A stretch of 64,000 bases of DNA from the human T2T-CHM13v2.0 reference genome, Homo sapiens, in assembly GCF_009914755.1 (NCBI RefSeq), contig NC_060939.1; one strand, written 5' to 3'. Of the stretch, positions 17,980 through 32,916 are shown one piece after another. The notes under the pieces were generated by a model. The model had not been told where the DNA came from, made no database searches, and worked only from the letters and a program-made list of their open reading frames with translations. Positions within the stretch are counted from its first letter, which is position 1, and the number at the start of each line of letters is the position of its first letter. Made by a program: the position numbers and the translations under genes.

Positions 17980-19026
17980 TTATTTGCCTTTTTAAATTCT
18001 GGTTTTCTTGTTGCTCTGAAAGGCACCATCATCCAGGGCCAATGGCGAATCTATCTTGGGCCCATCTCCCTTCCCCACCCACGTCCAGCTGATTACCAGG
18101 TCTCTTCCGCTGTTCCTAGGCTCTTTTCTCCCTTCATACTGCACTTTGGCCTGTTTCTCTTGCCCCAGTGCAGCCCCTCAGCAACCCAGGCCCCATTGCT
18201 TTGCCCTTTTAGTCTATCCTGACTTCAGACCATACTAGACAGGGTGCTGCCAGGTTGATCTTTTTTTTTTAATTTTCATTTTAATTTTTAAAATTTATTA
18301 TTATTATTATTTGTTTTTCAGGTTGATCTTTTACAAGCACAGGTCTGGTCACCCCCATCCTCACTGGAGTCAGCAGTGGCTCCCCATTGCCCTTTGAATG
18401 AAGTTCTGCCTGTTTGCTGTGGCATTTGAGGCCTTCTGTAATACATCCTCACCCTCTCTGTGTTCACCCCCTCTGGCTATCCAGCCTCCTCCTCAGAGCC
18501 TCTTTTGATCCCCCAGGAAAGCACCGTGCTCCTACCTCTGCCTCCCACAGCTCATTGCAAATCTGCTGGACCTCCCTAACCAGAAAGCTGCATGCAGGTG
18601 CTTCCCATTTTTGTGCTCAATCACCTCTTCTGCTAGGTGGAGAACCTCATGAGGATAGTAACTCATCTCTGCCTTCCCCATAGTGCCTCACAGCACAGCC
18701 TTGCATGGGAAAGGTGCTTATTGGAAACCTGTCAAAATATGCAGAAACTACCTCCACATTCAGGGCGGGGCTGAACCAGTGAAGAACTAGCAAAGGACTA
18801 ACATTTTGGACTTTTCAGCAGGATGGGGGTTGTTTCCTGGCAAGGTTACAGGCAGCCAGATAGCCGACATAAATTTCCAGCATGGACATCAATTCCAGAG
18901 GGGTGTGGGTCACCTTGAAGGCTCACAAATGAATATCAGCTGTGAGGATATTGATTTGAAGAATAATTCATTTCACGTGATGAGTTTAATGCAACATCAT
19001 TTATATTAAATAAAATATTAGTCCAT

Positions 19027-19334
19027 GGCTGGGCATGGTCGTTCACACCTATAAACCCAGCACTTTGGGAGGCTGAGGTGGGAGGATTGCTTGAGACCAG
19101 GAGTTCAAGACCAGCTTGGGAAACAGTGGGATCCTAGCTCTACAACAAATAAAAAAAAATCAGCTGGGCATGGCAGTGTGCACCTGCAGTCCCAGCTACT
19201 CGGGAGGCTGAGGTGGGAGGATCACTTGAGCCCAGGAGTTGGAGGCTGCAGTGAACCATGATTGCCACTGCGCTCCAGCCTGGGCAACAGAATGAGACCC
19301 TGTCTCAAAACAAAACAAAACAAAACAAAACAAA
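19027..19334 (+). mobile_element. AluJ element
   Basis: Alu consensus with (AAAAC)n tail. Confidence 0.88.
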
Positions 19335-19657
19335 CCCATTGGTCCAGTTCCTATATCCTGAAGGGGAACAGGGGACAGGGAGTAGGAAGGAGAGAGGAAG
19401 ATTGAGTTTGGTATTCAGAGGAAGGAAAAGTAGTTGGAGATGTGAGTGTGTGTAGGTGTGTGTGTGTGTCTTGGTCTCAGCATGCCAGATGGCATATCTA
19501 AGGTAGAGGAAAATTGTGCTTTCTCATACAATCAGTAAGAACAGAGTTTTTGAGAACTGCTTTGAATGTGCTTGCCGTCCAGCCAGTCAATTGCTTCTTT
19601 ATTCTCCAGCTTTTCACAGAGCTCTGACTTAGTGCATCTGCTTGCTGTCATTTTCAG

Positions 19658-19816
19658 TTGTATTTGTCAAGTGACCACAGGACCCTCCTGAAATCGTCTA
19701 AGAGGTCTTGGCTCCAGGAAGTGTACCTAACAGATGAGGTCTCCCATGTGAACTGCTGGCAGGCTGCCTTCCCTGACCCCCAGTTACGCCTGGAATATGA
19801 AGGCTTCCCCGTCCCG
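19658..19816 (+). CDS. CFAP161: CFAP161 coding exon 5 (LYLSSDHRTLL...EYEGFPVP)
   Basis: Acceptor cattttcag|TTG, donor CCG|gtgagt, 159 nt. Confidence 0.95.
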
Positions 19817-19880
19817 GTGAGTGCAGCATCGGGAAGACATGGGTGTCTAGGCTATGAAATGGATGCAATTTATTCCTGTC

Positions 19881-20071
19881 TATAACACACAGACTTATAG
19901 CTCAAATGCCTTATGACTTTCTCTCTCTTTTCTGTCTTTTTTTTTCCATTTATAACACACAGACTTATAGCTCAAATGCCTTATGACTTTCTCTTTCTTT
20001 TCTGTCTCTTTTTTTCCATTTATAACACACAGACTTATAGCTCAAATGCCTTATGACTTTCTGTCTCTTTT
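19881..20071. repeat. 70-bp tandem repeat, about 2.7 copies
   Basis: tataacacacagacttatagctcaaatgccttatgactttc... starts at 19881, 19951 and 20021. Confidence 0.95.
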
Positions 20072-20298
20072 CCGTTTGTAACACAAGTTTGGGAGGTACT
20101 AATCTACCCCATGGCAGCATCCTGCACTAGAGTTTCTCACCTCTGGCTGCACGTTAGAATCGCCTCAGGAACTTTCTAAAAAGCTCAGGCCCTGCCCCTG
20201 TCATCAGGATAAGAACCACTGATGTGCGATCATGAGCGTTGTGACACTGCTTCCTTCGCACTGTTTTCGCTAAGGCCTCCGCTAAGTACTATTTTTTA

Positions 20299-20805
<507 letters not shown>

Positions 20806-22614
20806 GAGCTTAGGGAGTCTTGGAGAAGCCAAGGAGACAGCAGGGTAGCCACATAGTCAATGCAGTGGTCCTGCAGGACGGCATCATTCTCATTATCACT
20901 GTGCGACACTTTCTCCGGATGCTGGGACCCATGGGACTGGAACCTGAGGCATGGTCCTGACGGGAAGGTGGGAGGTCTTGTGGGCACAGAGTAGGCCTCC
21001 CTATTTCAAGGACCAGAGGCTTTCCTGCTCACGAGGCATCCAGCAGACATGTGGATGTGTTGGTAGCCACTGCGTTGACTATGGAATTAGTAGCAAGCAT
21101 GGCCAGGGTTCGCTTGCTACTGGCCAGGAAGTGGCCGCAGTTGCAGGCCACTGAGTCCACCCGATGCAGCATGCCTGTCCCTCACCTCTGCCAGGTGGAC
21201 CCTGACTTCACAAGGTTCTTTCTCTGAGCATGGAGGACATATATATTATCTACAATGAAACAGGCTTTACAAATTATTCTCTTTAGATGTCCTTTGCTAA
21301 GCTTCGCTCTTCTGAGAATTGCCTTCTAGTTCCACAATTTAAACTGCCAGTGCCTCAGTTTCCCTATCTAAATTTGGGGTGTTAATAGTACCTACCTCAT
21401 GAGGTTTTGTGAAGACTAAATGGTTAGTACATTTAGAGTGCTAATTCGAAAAGTGCCTGGCTCACAGAAGCCACCCACAAGTGTTTCTTGTTGTCATGAC
21501 TGTTGTTGTTATATTGTTATTGTTGCTGGTTTTTTTAAGAGGTTAAGGGAGCAGTCAGTGTTCCAGGCACCAGGAGTTCTTTTCTCCATTACTGATTCAC
21601 CTTATGGCTTCAGGAAAGTCTCCCCAGGCCTCACTGAGACATGGTTACACATCTGTAAATGGGAAACCCCAAACCTGTCTGAGCTACCTTGCACATGTCA
21701 ATGACCTCTGGCTAGAGAGACCACCAGGAACAACTGTGGTTTAACAGGTTGGGTAGATTACTTATTGCAGTGAGGGAGAACACACACCATGGGGAAGCAT
21801 GAAAGAGGGTGTTAGGATGCTTATAGAATTTGGGCTTTGGTTGGGTGGTGTTGGAGAGAATCCCGAGAAGTGAGGCTTTGCTCTGGACTGGATGCTGTCA
21901 GGAAGTGGGGGATAACTCTATCATTGGTTATCTCAATAAATCTTATCTCTAGGGAGGGCCAGACTAGAGTGAGGACAAAGCTGTCATTAGTAAAGAAGCA
22001 GCAGTCAGTCGCTCATATTAGCTGGGAGAGGCCAGTGTTTGGTATTTAGTGGCTTAGCCAATGTTTGTGTTTTGTGTGTGTTCAGATATGATTATAGAGT
22101 GCTCTTGTTTTTGTTTTGACCCCTCATGATCACAGAGTAGCCTTGTCTGATGTGGACATTCTGTGAAGTTGATTCTGTTCCCAGGAGAACACTAAAGCCT
22201 ACTTGTCAGTGCCAGGCCAACCCCTGGATGGCAGGGCTGCCTTTTCTTTCTTACACAGCTTTTAACTTACATGAGTCAGGATTTTGAAATAATATATATT
22301 TTTCCTGATTATAAACATATGTTCACTTATGAAAAGTCAGGAAAGCAAAAAAATAATATGAAAATTACCAGTAGTTCCATTTCCAGAGAAAGCCATTGCT
22401 TATCATTTCTTTTTACAAGATAGGACATCATGAAGATACTTCTTTTTTTCCATTAAATAACATCATTGACCATATCTTGTGTGGCAAAGATCTTCTCCAA
22501 TATAACTTTGAGTGATGATTTCATCATACAGATATCTACAATAATGTATTTCATCCATCCATTATGGTTTGGCATCTAAATTTTTCTGTGTCTGTGTGTG
22601 TATAAATATATATA

Positions 22615-22823
22615 CAGTCATGTGTCACTCAATGATGGGGATAAGTTCTGAGAAATGCATCATTAGGCAATCGTGGTCACCCTGACAATGATTTTGTCAT
22701 TGTGTGGACATTGTGAAAGGAAAATGAATCTTGGGACCTAAACTCACTATGTCAAAGGGAAAGTCAGGCTGGGAATGGGGTCATGCAAACCTGCCTCCCA
22801 TTTTGCTCTTAAATAGGATAGCT

Positions 22824-22890
<67 letters not shown>

Positions 22891-23720
22891 AAAAGCTACA
22901 TACATCCCTCACAATTTGCCCACAAGGAAATTCCTTGTGGGAAGATCTTTACCTTAAAACAGTTATGTGGAATGTTACCCTGACAATGTAAAGTGGTAGC
23001 TTATCTTCACAGTGTGGGACAAAGGACAGAACTAAAAAGTCATCCTTCCTCTCACCTGAGACAAAGGCATATATGAATGCTCCCTCTGCCCTGTGTTTAT
23101 TTCATCTTACGTAAAAATGCAGATTCACCGAGCACAAGACGAATGCATAAGTAACTATTCCTCTACCGCCCTCTCACATGTAAAATGTGTATTTGGTGAA
23201 CACTGACTGAAAACTCAAAAGAACGCAACTGCTTGCCTCTTTTATTTACCCTCCTTTTTTGGTTGTTGTTGTTCTTTCTTTCTTCCTCTCCCCCCCAGTA
23301 CCCGCTCTTTTCACTTTAAATATTGAGGTCCCCGGACCCTCTTCGGGAAAAAGCATGGACCACCGATTTTTCCTGTTGGCCTGTGTTCTTTTTGGTGGAC
23401 GCATCTTTGACCTTGGCAAATAAACCTCTTAAAATAATTGAGACTCGCCTCAATAATTTTCTTTGATTTATACATCATAAATGTACTTACACAAACCCAG
23501 ATGGCATAGCCTACTACACACCAAGGCTACACGGGATAGCCTCGTGTTCCTAGGTGTACAAACCTGTAAGGATGTTACTATACTGAATACTGTAGGTAAC
23601 TGTAACACAGTGGTAAGTATTTGTGCATCTAAACACAGAAAAGGTACAGTCAAAATAGGGTCTTACGGTCGCATAGGTGGTCCTTTGCCAAATGAAATGT
23701 TGTGAAGTGGCACATGACTG
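22615..23720. mobile_element. Tigger3/MER7-type DNA transposon split by an LTR
   Basis: Terminal inverted repeats cagtcatgtg ... cacatgactg. Confidence 0.75.
22712..23471 (+). mobile_element. MER4-group solo LTR containing a long (TA)n at about 22828-22887
   Basis: Starts tgtgaaaggaaaatgaatcttgggacc; AATAAA near the 3' end; apparent acat TSD. Confidence 0.75.
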
Positions 23721-23860
23721 TGAATATATATAATTTTTTTCTACTAAATTGAAATAAATGTATAGTATAATCCCAAATTTTTGCTTTTAGGTAAGCTTTT
23801 CCCTAAAAGCAAAAAAAAAATGTTTAGAATGCTAATAACACATTTTCTTTATCTGTTAAG

Positions 23861-23934
23861 GCAAATGCTAAAATTCTCATCAATCACTGTCACACAAATC
23901 GGGGACTGGCAGCCCACCGGCATCTTTTCTTAAG
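23861..23934 (+). CDS. CFAP161: CFAP161 coding exon 6 (ANAKILINHCHTNRGLAAHRHLFL)
   Basis: Acceptor ttctttatctgttaag|GCA, donor AG|gtattg, 74 nt. Confidence 0.93.
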
Positions 23935-24340
23935 GTATTGTATTTCAGGGTACAACAAAATGCTGTGATTGGGGCTGGGGGCCATGAATATAAGCAAAGA
24001 AGCTCAATTGATAGTGTATGGCTGCACATACAAAAAATGTCCTTTGCTGATGAAATACCGCCACATAGAACTTCAATGGTGTGAAAAATCCTATTAGAGC
24101 CCCTTCTTTTATACAAATCCTACCCCTACAAGAGGACTTTGGTTCTAATGGGATCCTACTGGCCTAATCTTTGCCCAAATAAGGTGTAACCTCCCTGCAA
24201 ACATGTCCCATTTTAGAGATTCCCTAGGGCTTTATCTAGCAATCCGCTTCTTAAGGTGCTTTCGAGATTAAATTATTAATAACAGCTTATTGAGAGTTGT
24301 TATTCAATTTCAAACCACAACTGATTCTCTCTTGCTCCAG

Positions 24341-24536
24341 CACCTATTTTGGAAAGGAGGCTGAGGTTGTAGCTCACACATACCTGGATTCACATAGAGT
24401 TGAGAAACCAAGGAACCACTGGATGTTGGTTACTGGGAATCCCAGGGATGCCTCGTCCTCCATGTTGGATCTGCCCAAACCACCCACAGAGGACACTCGA
24501 GCCATGGAGCAGGCCATGGGCCTTGACACGCAGTAA
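24341..24536 (+). CDS. CFAP161: CFAP161 coding exon 7 (STYFGKEAEVVAHT...AMGLDTQ*)
   Basis: Acceptor ctctcttgctccag|C, TAA at 24534-24536. Exon sum 69+90+233+85+159+74+196=906 nt = 301 aa plus stop. Confidence 0.95.
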
Positions 24537-24666
24537 CACGCCAGGCACGTGCATGTTTTCCCTGGTCCCGCTCTCATCAAATGTAGCTTTAAAAGAAATT
24601 AACAACCTTGGTCATGCCTCAAGCTATTTTTGAATCAGATGTGGGACTCTCTGGGCACTATATTAA

Positions 24667-24672
24667 AATAAA
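24667..24672 (+). terminator. CFAP161: Proximal polyadenylation signal of CFAP161 (overlapping ATTAAA/AATAAA)
   Basis: tATTAAAATAAAg about 130 nt after the stop, followed by a GT-rich tract (tttgtggtgg). Confidence 0.55.
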
Positions 24673-25158
24673 GATTACATTAAGATTATTGAATTTGTGG
24701 TGGGAGTCTAGGGCTGAAGAAAAACAGCTCTGGAGAATAATTAGTATTTGAAAGTGACAAACAATAGCCTTTTGTTGATAAACAAATTCTGAAGAACTCA
24801 GCTTCCTCTACTTATATCCTTCATTGTCTACAAGGACAGTGCGTTACTTTTTAAAGTTATGTCTATGTAATAAAGCTGTTGGACCTATACTGAATTTTTG
24901 GTACCACAGTTTCCCTCTTGAATGTACTAAAACACAAAAAACTGACAGCTCTGAGCTGTGGCCTTACCTTGGAATTAAACATTTCCACCTTTGTAAAACA
25001 TCCTATTTTTGTTTCTACCTTTGGCTTTCCAGGTCAGGACCTCTACCTGATCAGTAACCTATTATTTTGTAATGATTTTTAAGCTGCAGAATCTCTACCT
25101 TGTCTTTGAAACTGGCACATTAGTTGTGGCACCCATGTGATTAGATAGTTCCTGACAA

Positions 25159-25164
25159 AATAAA
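25159..25164 (+). terminator. CFAP161: Distal polyadenylation signal of CFAP161
   Basis: AATAAA followed by T/GT-rich sequence (tgtatttgttc). Confidence 0.6.
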
Positions 25165-25849
25165 TGTATGTCCTTCCATGTATTTGTTCATCTGTTCATT
25201 CCTCATTGAGTGCCTGTGATGTGTAGGGTATTATAAAGGGATGTAGGGTTTCCAAGTCTTATAGATACAGGTAAACAGGCCGGTTCACAAATATGTATAC
25301 TGAGAGGTAGAACATGGGCTGTAAATGTGTTTTAAATAGATGCAGTTTCAGTCAATGCAGACTGACCCTCTTCAAGAAGGCAAGCATTTTCCATCAAGTA
25401 CTGCAGGATTTAGGGCAGTGGTTCCAGCCTTGGCTATGCGTTGCATTCACTCTGGGAACTGTAACAATTACTGATTCCTGGTCTGAGCCCAGAAATTCTG
25501 ATTGAATGGTCTGGGGTACAGCCTGGGCACTGGGCTTTGTCAGTGTTCTTTAGATGGTTCCCATGTGCAGCCACAGCGAAGACCCACTGTGTTAGGAGGT
25601 GGAGGAGGAAGCAGTGGTTCCTTAGGGTGGTCAGAGGAGGCTTTCCTCAGCAAGTCTCTCTGGCTGCACATTAGAATCTCCTGAAGAATACTGAAAAGCC
25701 CGCGGCCCAGGCTGCACTCTGGACCATTCAATCAGCATTTCTAGGGTAGGACATTAAAAAAATACAGATGCTTGGGCCCACCCCAGAGCTTCTTATTTTA
25801 TTTGAAGTGGAACCCAGGTATTCGTATTTTTAAAAACTCACTAATTTAT

Positions 25850-26600
<751 letters not shown>

Positions 26601-26879
26601 TTGCTAATTTATTTTAATGTGCAGTCTGGGTTGAGAACCTCTGGCTTAGCTGAGAGTTAGGTCTGCCTGTGTGTCTCCAAGGGGTGAGACCAGGTGGGTT
26701 TGGGCTTCAGCTGGGGAAAGACATTCTTTAACAGTGTGAGCCACCTGAAAGCATCTAAACCAATTTCAGTGCATTCTTGCTCCTACCGTAAGATATCCAC
26801 GGAAAGCTTCAGACAACATCAGGGCTCTTGATCCTTTCCTAAGTGATCCTCCAATGGCTTCTTGACTGAACACCGAGAG

Positions 26880-27504
26880 GTTTCCACCAGATGGAAAGTC
26901 TTGACTATGAGTTTTCCAGGTTTTTGGCACGTTGAACAAAGAATTGAACAAAGTGCACAAACAGAGCAACACAAAATGCACAAAGTGACAAAAGAATGAA
27001 GCAACGCCATAAGCAATACAAGCACAGATTTATTTAAGTGAAAGTACACTCTATAAAGCACAAGCAGGCTTGGGCAAGAGGCTCAAGAGCCCCGATTACA
27101 ATGTTTGTTAGGGTTTAAACTAAGCTAGAAGAATTTTGGTAACACCCCTTGGTGCCCTGTGGAGGGTTACACCTTATGAATAATTGGCCCACGACCAATC
27201 AGAGGCTGAAGTGGAGACTTGGCCCATGACCAATCAGAGGCGGAAGTGGAGACTGCCCGCAGCCAATTAGAGGCTGAAGTAGAAACTTGTTGTCTTGTTA
27301 TCACAGGAGTGAGGTTGTGGCCTCTATGCTGCCTAATCTTGCCTAGAACCAAGGACTGGTGCCATATCAAGGGCTCAGTGTTGGTCACTGCTGCTGGTAA
27401 ATTGGGCACTTGACCTGTAGCCAGGTCAGCCTTGGTGAGTGGAAGTCCATGTTGCTGAGCCCATGCCTTAACCCTTGGTTACCCTAACTCCCTATTCTGT
27501 CTCA
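26880..27504 (-). mobile_element. ERV1 LTR (MER51-like) with repeated CCAAT units
   Basis: Three gaccaatcagaggctgaagtgg-type units at about 27190-27280; ends ...ctattctgtctca. Confidence 0.65.
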
Positions 27505-30500
27505 GTTTTAGTGTAACCAGGAATTAGTGCCACCGACCAAGTTCGCACTCAGGTAATCAGTGACTGACTACAGTGACTGCTGGGGGCGTGACTGCCGCCT
27601 GGCTGACGGTGATTGTGAAGCACTTCATTTTAATGTACACAGACAGAGTTCAGAGACGTTAAAAGATGGAAAAGAGAAGTCTGTACTTCTCAGAATAGAA
27701 GAAAGACAATAAATAACTAGAAAGTGAGCACCTACATGCATCACCTCGTGTTATTTACAAATCAGTATTTCTACCTTGGGTCTGTTGTGCACCTCAAAAT
27801 TATAAAGGGCTTTTATACTCATTTTCTTATTTAATTTTCACTACTCTCTGGGGTTAGACCAGGTCTTGTTCTTTGCTGTTTATCTCCATTTCCTGGGAAA
27901 TATCTGTTAAGTGAATGAATGAATGAATCAACAGATGAATGGATCCGTAACTTTTACAGAGGAGCCAGGCTTAGAGATTTGTTCAGGGACACAGCTCCTA
28001 AACAGCAGAGCTGGGGCAGGACCAAGTCAGATTCTTCTATCCCTTCTTCTGGACAAGGGCCTTCTAATCTAATTTTTTTTCTAATTCTTTGTTGTGGTTG
28101 CTTTCCTGTGCATTATAAGATGTTTGCCAGCATCCCTGGCCTCTGCTCACTAGATGAAGTAGCACCCCTCCACTCATGACAACACAAAGCGTCTCTAAAC
28201 ATTGCTAAATGTCCCTGGGAGGGGTCTGCTATTTAAGGACCAATAGTCTAGACCTACTTCTAGCTGTTTTTTATTTGCCATTTATAAAGGATGCTGTAAA
28301 ATGGGTATTTATCTCTCTCTCTCTCTCTCTCTCCTTCCTTTTCTTTCTTTCCTTTTTTTGTGTCCTATAGAGATTAGAATATGTGGTCTCTAACATGACT
28401 TCCAGATATATTAATAATCTGCTTTTAGCATCTGAGCTGGACTTTGATGGAAACTTAGAATATTGGCAGGGGGAGACTGGCTCTCCAGGATGCAGCCGCT
28501 GTATGGACCTGTGTACAGTGACTTTGGCACACAGCACCTCTGCAGCGACCTCCAGTGTGGGGCACAGAGATGCTCATTGAGATGTGAAAAGAAGAGTTTA
28601 GAACTCTGCGTATATCATTATTTTATCCTTTAAAGTGCATTAATGTGTGTGTGCTTTATACGATCCAAAATAGTTTTTATTTTTTACCTTTAAAAAAGTT
28701 TATCTTTTTATTTTTACACTTCATTGTGTAAAATTGACAAAATATTAGTTTTTTTTCTTTTTTTGAGACAAAATGTTTTTAAATGTACATGACATTTTAG
28801 CTTAATGGGCATGAGTAAAATTTATTAATAGAATTACATATAAATGTATGTGTGTAGCAAATACCCAAAAGGATTGCTTATTGGGAAGGGTGCACAATCA
28901 CAAATTGTGGAGAGCATCCTGCGTGCTGTGTGCAGTCATTCATTATACAGAAAATGCCACTGAGTCACTTGCTGCAACGATGCCTGCACAGCTTTGTCCT
29001 GAGTCATGGACAATGGGCTCCTCCCAGCTCTAAGGTTCACTTTCTTTCAATTGAACAAATGTTTATGAATTGTTTGACAGTAAGGAACAAGGTAAGGACT
29101 CTGCAAATGCAAGAGAGAGGGAAGAGGAGACCATCTGTGTGATTACGCACAGGCCATGCTGAAATCCCAGTAGAAGGACCGCATTACTTATACCTGGAGT
29201 CCAGGGAAGCCTGCCTTCAGATGACACTTGAGCTGGAAAGGACACACATGGGAAGAGCATTCCAGGCAAAGGAGACTGCGTTTGCAAAGGGCCAACACCT
29301 CTCCTGGGGAGAAGTGGGGACTGGCAAGAGACATTCAAAATGGGCTGTGTGCTGGTACACTCAGCATGGCTATACTGGCTGTTAAAATACGATAATGTCT
29401 CCAACCTGGTTGGAAAATAGCTACTGACTCAAGCCCCTAAAGTGCCCCCTGTAACCCTGGCACCTCCCTGGAGACCCTTGGATTTCCCTACAACCAGCAA
29501 CTAAAGGGTTAATGTTCAGCCCAATGGTGGGGCCTGCAAGACCCTACCCCACCATGGTGCCTGGAGTTTGTTTTATTTGGCTAATATCCAGTGATACTCA
29601 AGAAAAACTATAGAGGTGGTTAACTATTTTGAATATCACTCTTGGCTTCATGTATCAATTATCGAACTTGAATTTGATCTTGAAGGTGATGGTCAGCCTG
29701 TGAAAGGCTTTGAGGAGGAAAGTGTCATGATTTTACTTTAAAAAGATGATTATGGAGGCACGGGAGGAGGAACTGATGCGGCTTTGAACTAAGGCAGTGT
29801 CAGGAAGCACTGGGAAAAGGGCATGGGTTAGAGAGAGGCCAGGAAGAGAGAGACAGGACTCTATAGCTTGGTGGGTATAAGGCCAGGAGAGAAGGAGAAG
29901 GTGGACACTCAGATTTGGGGCACATGCCTCTCCCTGAGATTCAAACCCAGTAGGAAAAACAGGTGCACAGGAAAGGTGACAAGCAGTCATCTGGGAATGT
30001 CTGGTCCCTGAGTGGAGGTTGTTTTGGTGTGGATATAGCTGCAACCCACCTACAGTGCTGTCATCTGCTAGGCTGTTTGTCTCTATCACACTCACCTAAG
30101 TCTTGGGTAACTGATAGCAAATACAACTTTGGGATTGAAGAGCACCTTTAGCATCCTGCCAGCGGGAGCAAGGAAGAAACCAACGAGCCCAGTGGCTAGG
30201 GTTCTCCATGTCCTAGCTCCAAGAACTTCACCTTTGAGGGCTTCTGAGAGGACTGGATATGTTAGCTACGCAAAAGCAGGTGCCCACGTGTGAAAGGGCC
30301 TCTGTTGCTCCCCCTCCACCTTCCTATGAATTTAATATGTGTACATCCCAGTCAGTAAGTGAGTTCATCTTTATCACATTTGGTTCCATACCTGGAGGAG
30401 GACTCGACTCCTTTCCCATATACAGTAGACATTTTTGCATTCAACCAGATCCAGCAGACATCATTGACTATTTTATACCAGGTCTTGAGGTAGACACTGG

Positions 30501-30956
30501 GGATCCAGTGGGGAGTAAATGTGTTCCTACCTTTAAGGCTTCCACTGCAGAGAGGGTCAGAAGGGAGATGAGACATTGAAGGAGGTAGAGGGGTCAGAGT
30601 GTGGCAGTCTATATTAATATATGGAGCATTTGGGAGCCACCACATATTTTTGAGCAAGGGAGAGATAGGACAGGAAAGGAAGGTTAGTCTGGGAGTGAGG
30701 GGTATGAGGTAATTGAAGGAGGTCATTTGTGAGTCTGAAATTACAGTTGGTGAAAGCCCCCAAAGGCTTAAACCTGAGGAGAACAAAGCTGAAGTCTGAT
30801 TAATGGGTTTTGGCAGATTTTTTTCCCCAATATCCCTTCAAAGGCAAAAAATAATAGAGACACTGTTTTTTCCATTAGTAAATACACTCAACGTCTCCTT
30901 ATTTGTCTGTAGCTGTTTCAAAAGAAAATAGCTTTGTTTTTAAGAGCAACTGTGTA

Positions 30957-31222
30957 GGCCCCGGTGTAGCTCATGCCTGTACTCCTAGTACTTTGGGAAT
31001 TTGAAATCAGTCTGTGCAACATAGAACCCATCTTTACAAAAAATTAAAAAAAATTAGCCAGGTGTGGCGGCACATGCCTGTAGTCCTAGCTACTTGGGAG
31101 GCTGAGGTGGGAGGATCACTTGTGCCCAGAAGTTAGAGGTTACAGTGAGCTATGGTAATGACACTGAACTCCACCTTGGGCAACAGAGCAAGATCCTGTC
31201 TCAAAAGAAAAAAAAAAAAAAG
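30957..31222 (+). mobile_element. AluJ with an internal deletion
   Basis: Diverged Alu with polyA tail. Confidence 0.8.
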
Positions 31223-32916
31223 AACTACAACTATTTATAAGTATTTCTATATTTGATAATAATTCAATATAAATTCAGTTATCTTGAAGACTTGGCGTAA
31301 GGAGAGCCTGGCTAAATTACTGGGTTCAATTCCTATGGGGAGATGATGTCGCAGAGAAGTCAATTGGTTAATATATAAGGAACTCCTACAAATGCAAGAT
31401 AAAACTGTAAACACCCCATTAGAAAAATAAGGCAAAGGCTTAAACTGGCAACTCTAAAAGAAGTAATTCGAGGATCCAATAAACATTTCAAAACATGTTC
31501 AAATGAAGACAGCAATGAGATACCATTTTCCTTTCATCTGATTGGATGGCAATGACAGAACCATAGAGTGTCAGAACCTACAAGGACCAGCTGATTTGGC
31601 TTCCCCGGTCATTTTACAGGTGAGGAAGATAGGCCCAGATAGGAGAAGGGACCCACCTAAACCCAGGGGTTAGACAGAGGCAAATTCTGAACAGATCCCC
31701 CTCTGGTGACAGTGTCTGCTGAGAAGTCGAGACTGATGAACCTTGAAGAGGTTTTGCAACCTGGAAGGAGGCCTGGTTTCTGTCCTGCCAATTTGATCTT
31801 GCAGTTTTCCAAAGTGGCCACGAGATGTCAATGTTAATAATGCTAACAAGTCAACACTTGCAGTTGCTCAAATATTGAGCTTATTGCAAAATACGAGGGG
31901 GTTTTCAGTTTTCAAAATGTACATTCTAAGAGGGGAAAAACCATAAAAACACTGTGGTCAGAGTATGAATTCAATGTTTTTTGACTTTATAAAGAAAACC
32001 GTGTATTAGGCACGTGTAAAACCTGAATAAAACAGCATTCCTAGGGTTTGCGACAAAGGAAGTTCAGGTTAGCCTACAGCCCCTTTGGGACTTTTTATAA
32101 ACATTGCATCTGGAGCCTGGAGGTCCCTCCAAGAAATTGTACCCTAAACCCCAGGTCCAGGGGTCCTGCATGATGTGCCGAATAGTGATTTCAAAGCCCT
32201 CGCTGCTACTTACCATCCTCAGCTAAGCCACTTTGCCCTCGTGAAGCCTCAGTTTTCTCTATAGGATTACTAGCTCCCTCTCAGAGTTGTTTAGAAGATT
32301 AAATAGAACGAGACAACGTATTTGAGAGAAGCAGGAGGAGATCATGGTTCTGAGTGCTGGCTCTGGGATCAGACAACTCAGTGTGGACACTGTTCGCTTC
32401 CCAGCTGCATGTCTTTGGAAAGTCATTGCACCACTTTGGGCCTCCATTCCTTCATAGGTTAAAAAGAGGGCTAAAATATTACCCATCTCTCAGGCTTCCT
32501 GTGCAGATTAAGTGGAGTTGTGTGGTTAAGCACTGAGCATCCTGTCTAGAACTACGTCAATAAGAATAATAATTGTCAAGACTGCTTGGGTCTCTTGTAT
32601 GTATCTCTGCCTTGCATTGCTGCATTCTAATTTTTAAATATTTGTCTCTCTTCCACTTAACTATGAGCCCCTCAAATACAGATGCTGTGGGTATACACAT
32701 ATGATTTTAATATCCGCATCCCCCATGTTCAGCCCAGGGCTTGGCTCATACTGCTAAATGCTAGTTCTTCCTTCTCCCTCATTTTACAGGTAAATGAAAG
32801 CTTGGAGAGGTGGACTGATTTGTCCAGTGGAGCACATGAGTTAGTACTTCCTCTCTTACAGCACTTGTCACTCTGAATTGTATGGTGTGTTTACCTCTGT
32901 CTACCATGCTTGACCA

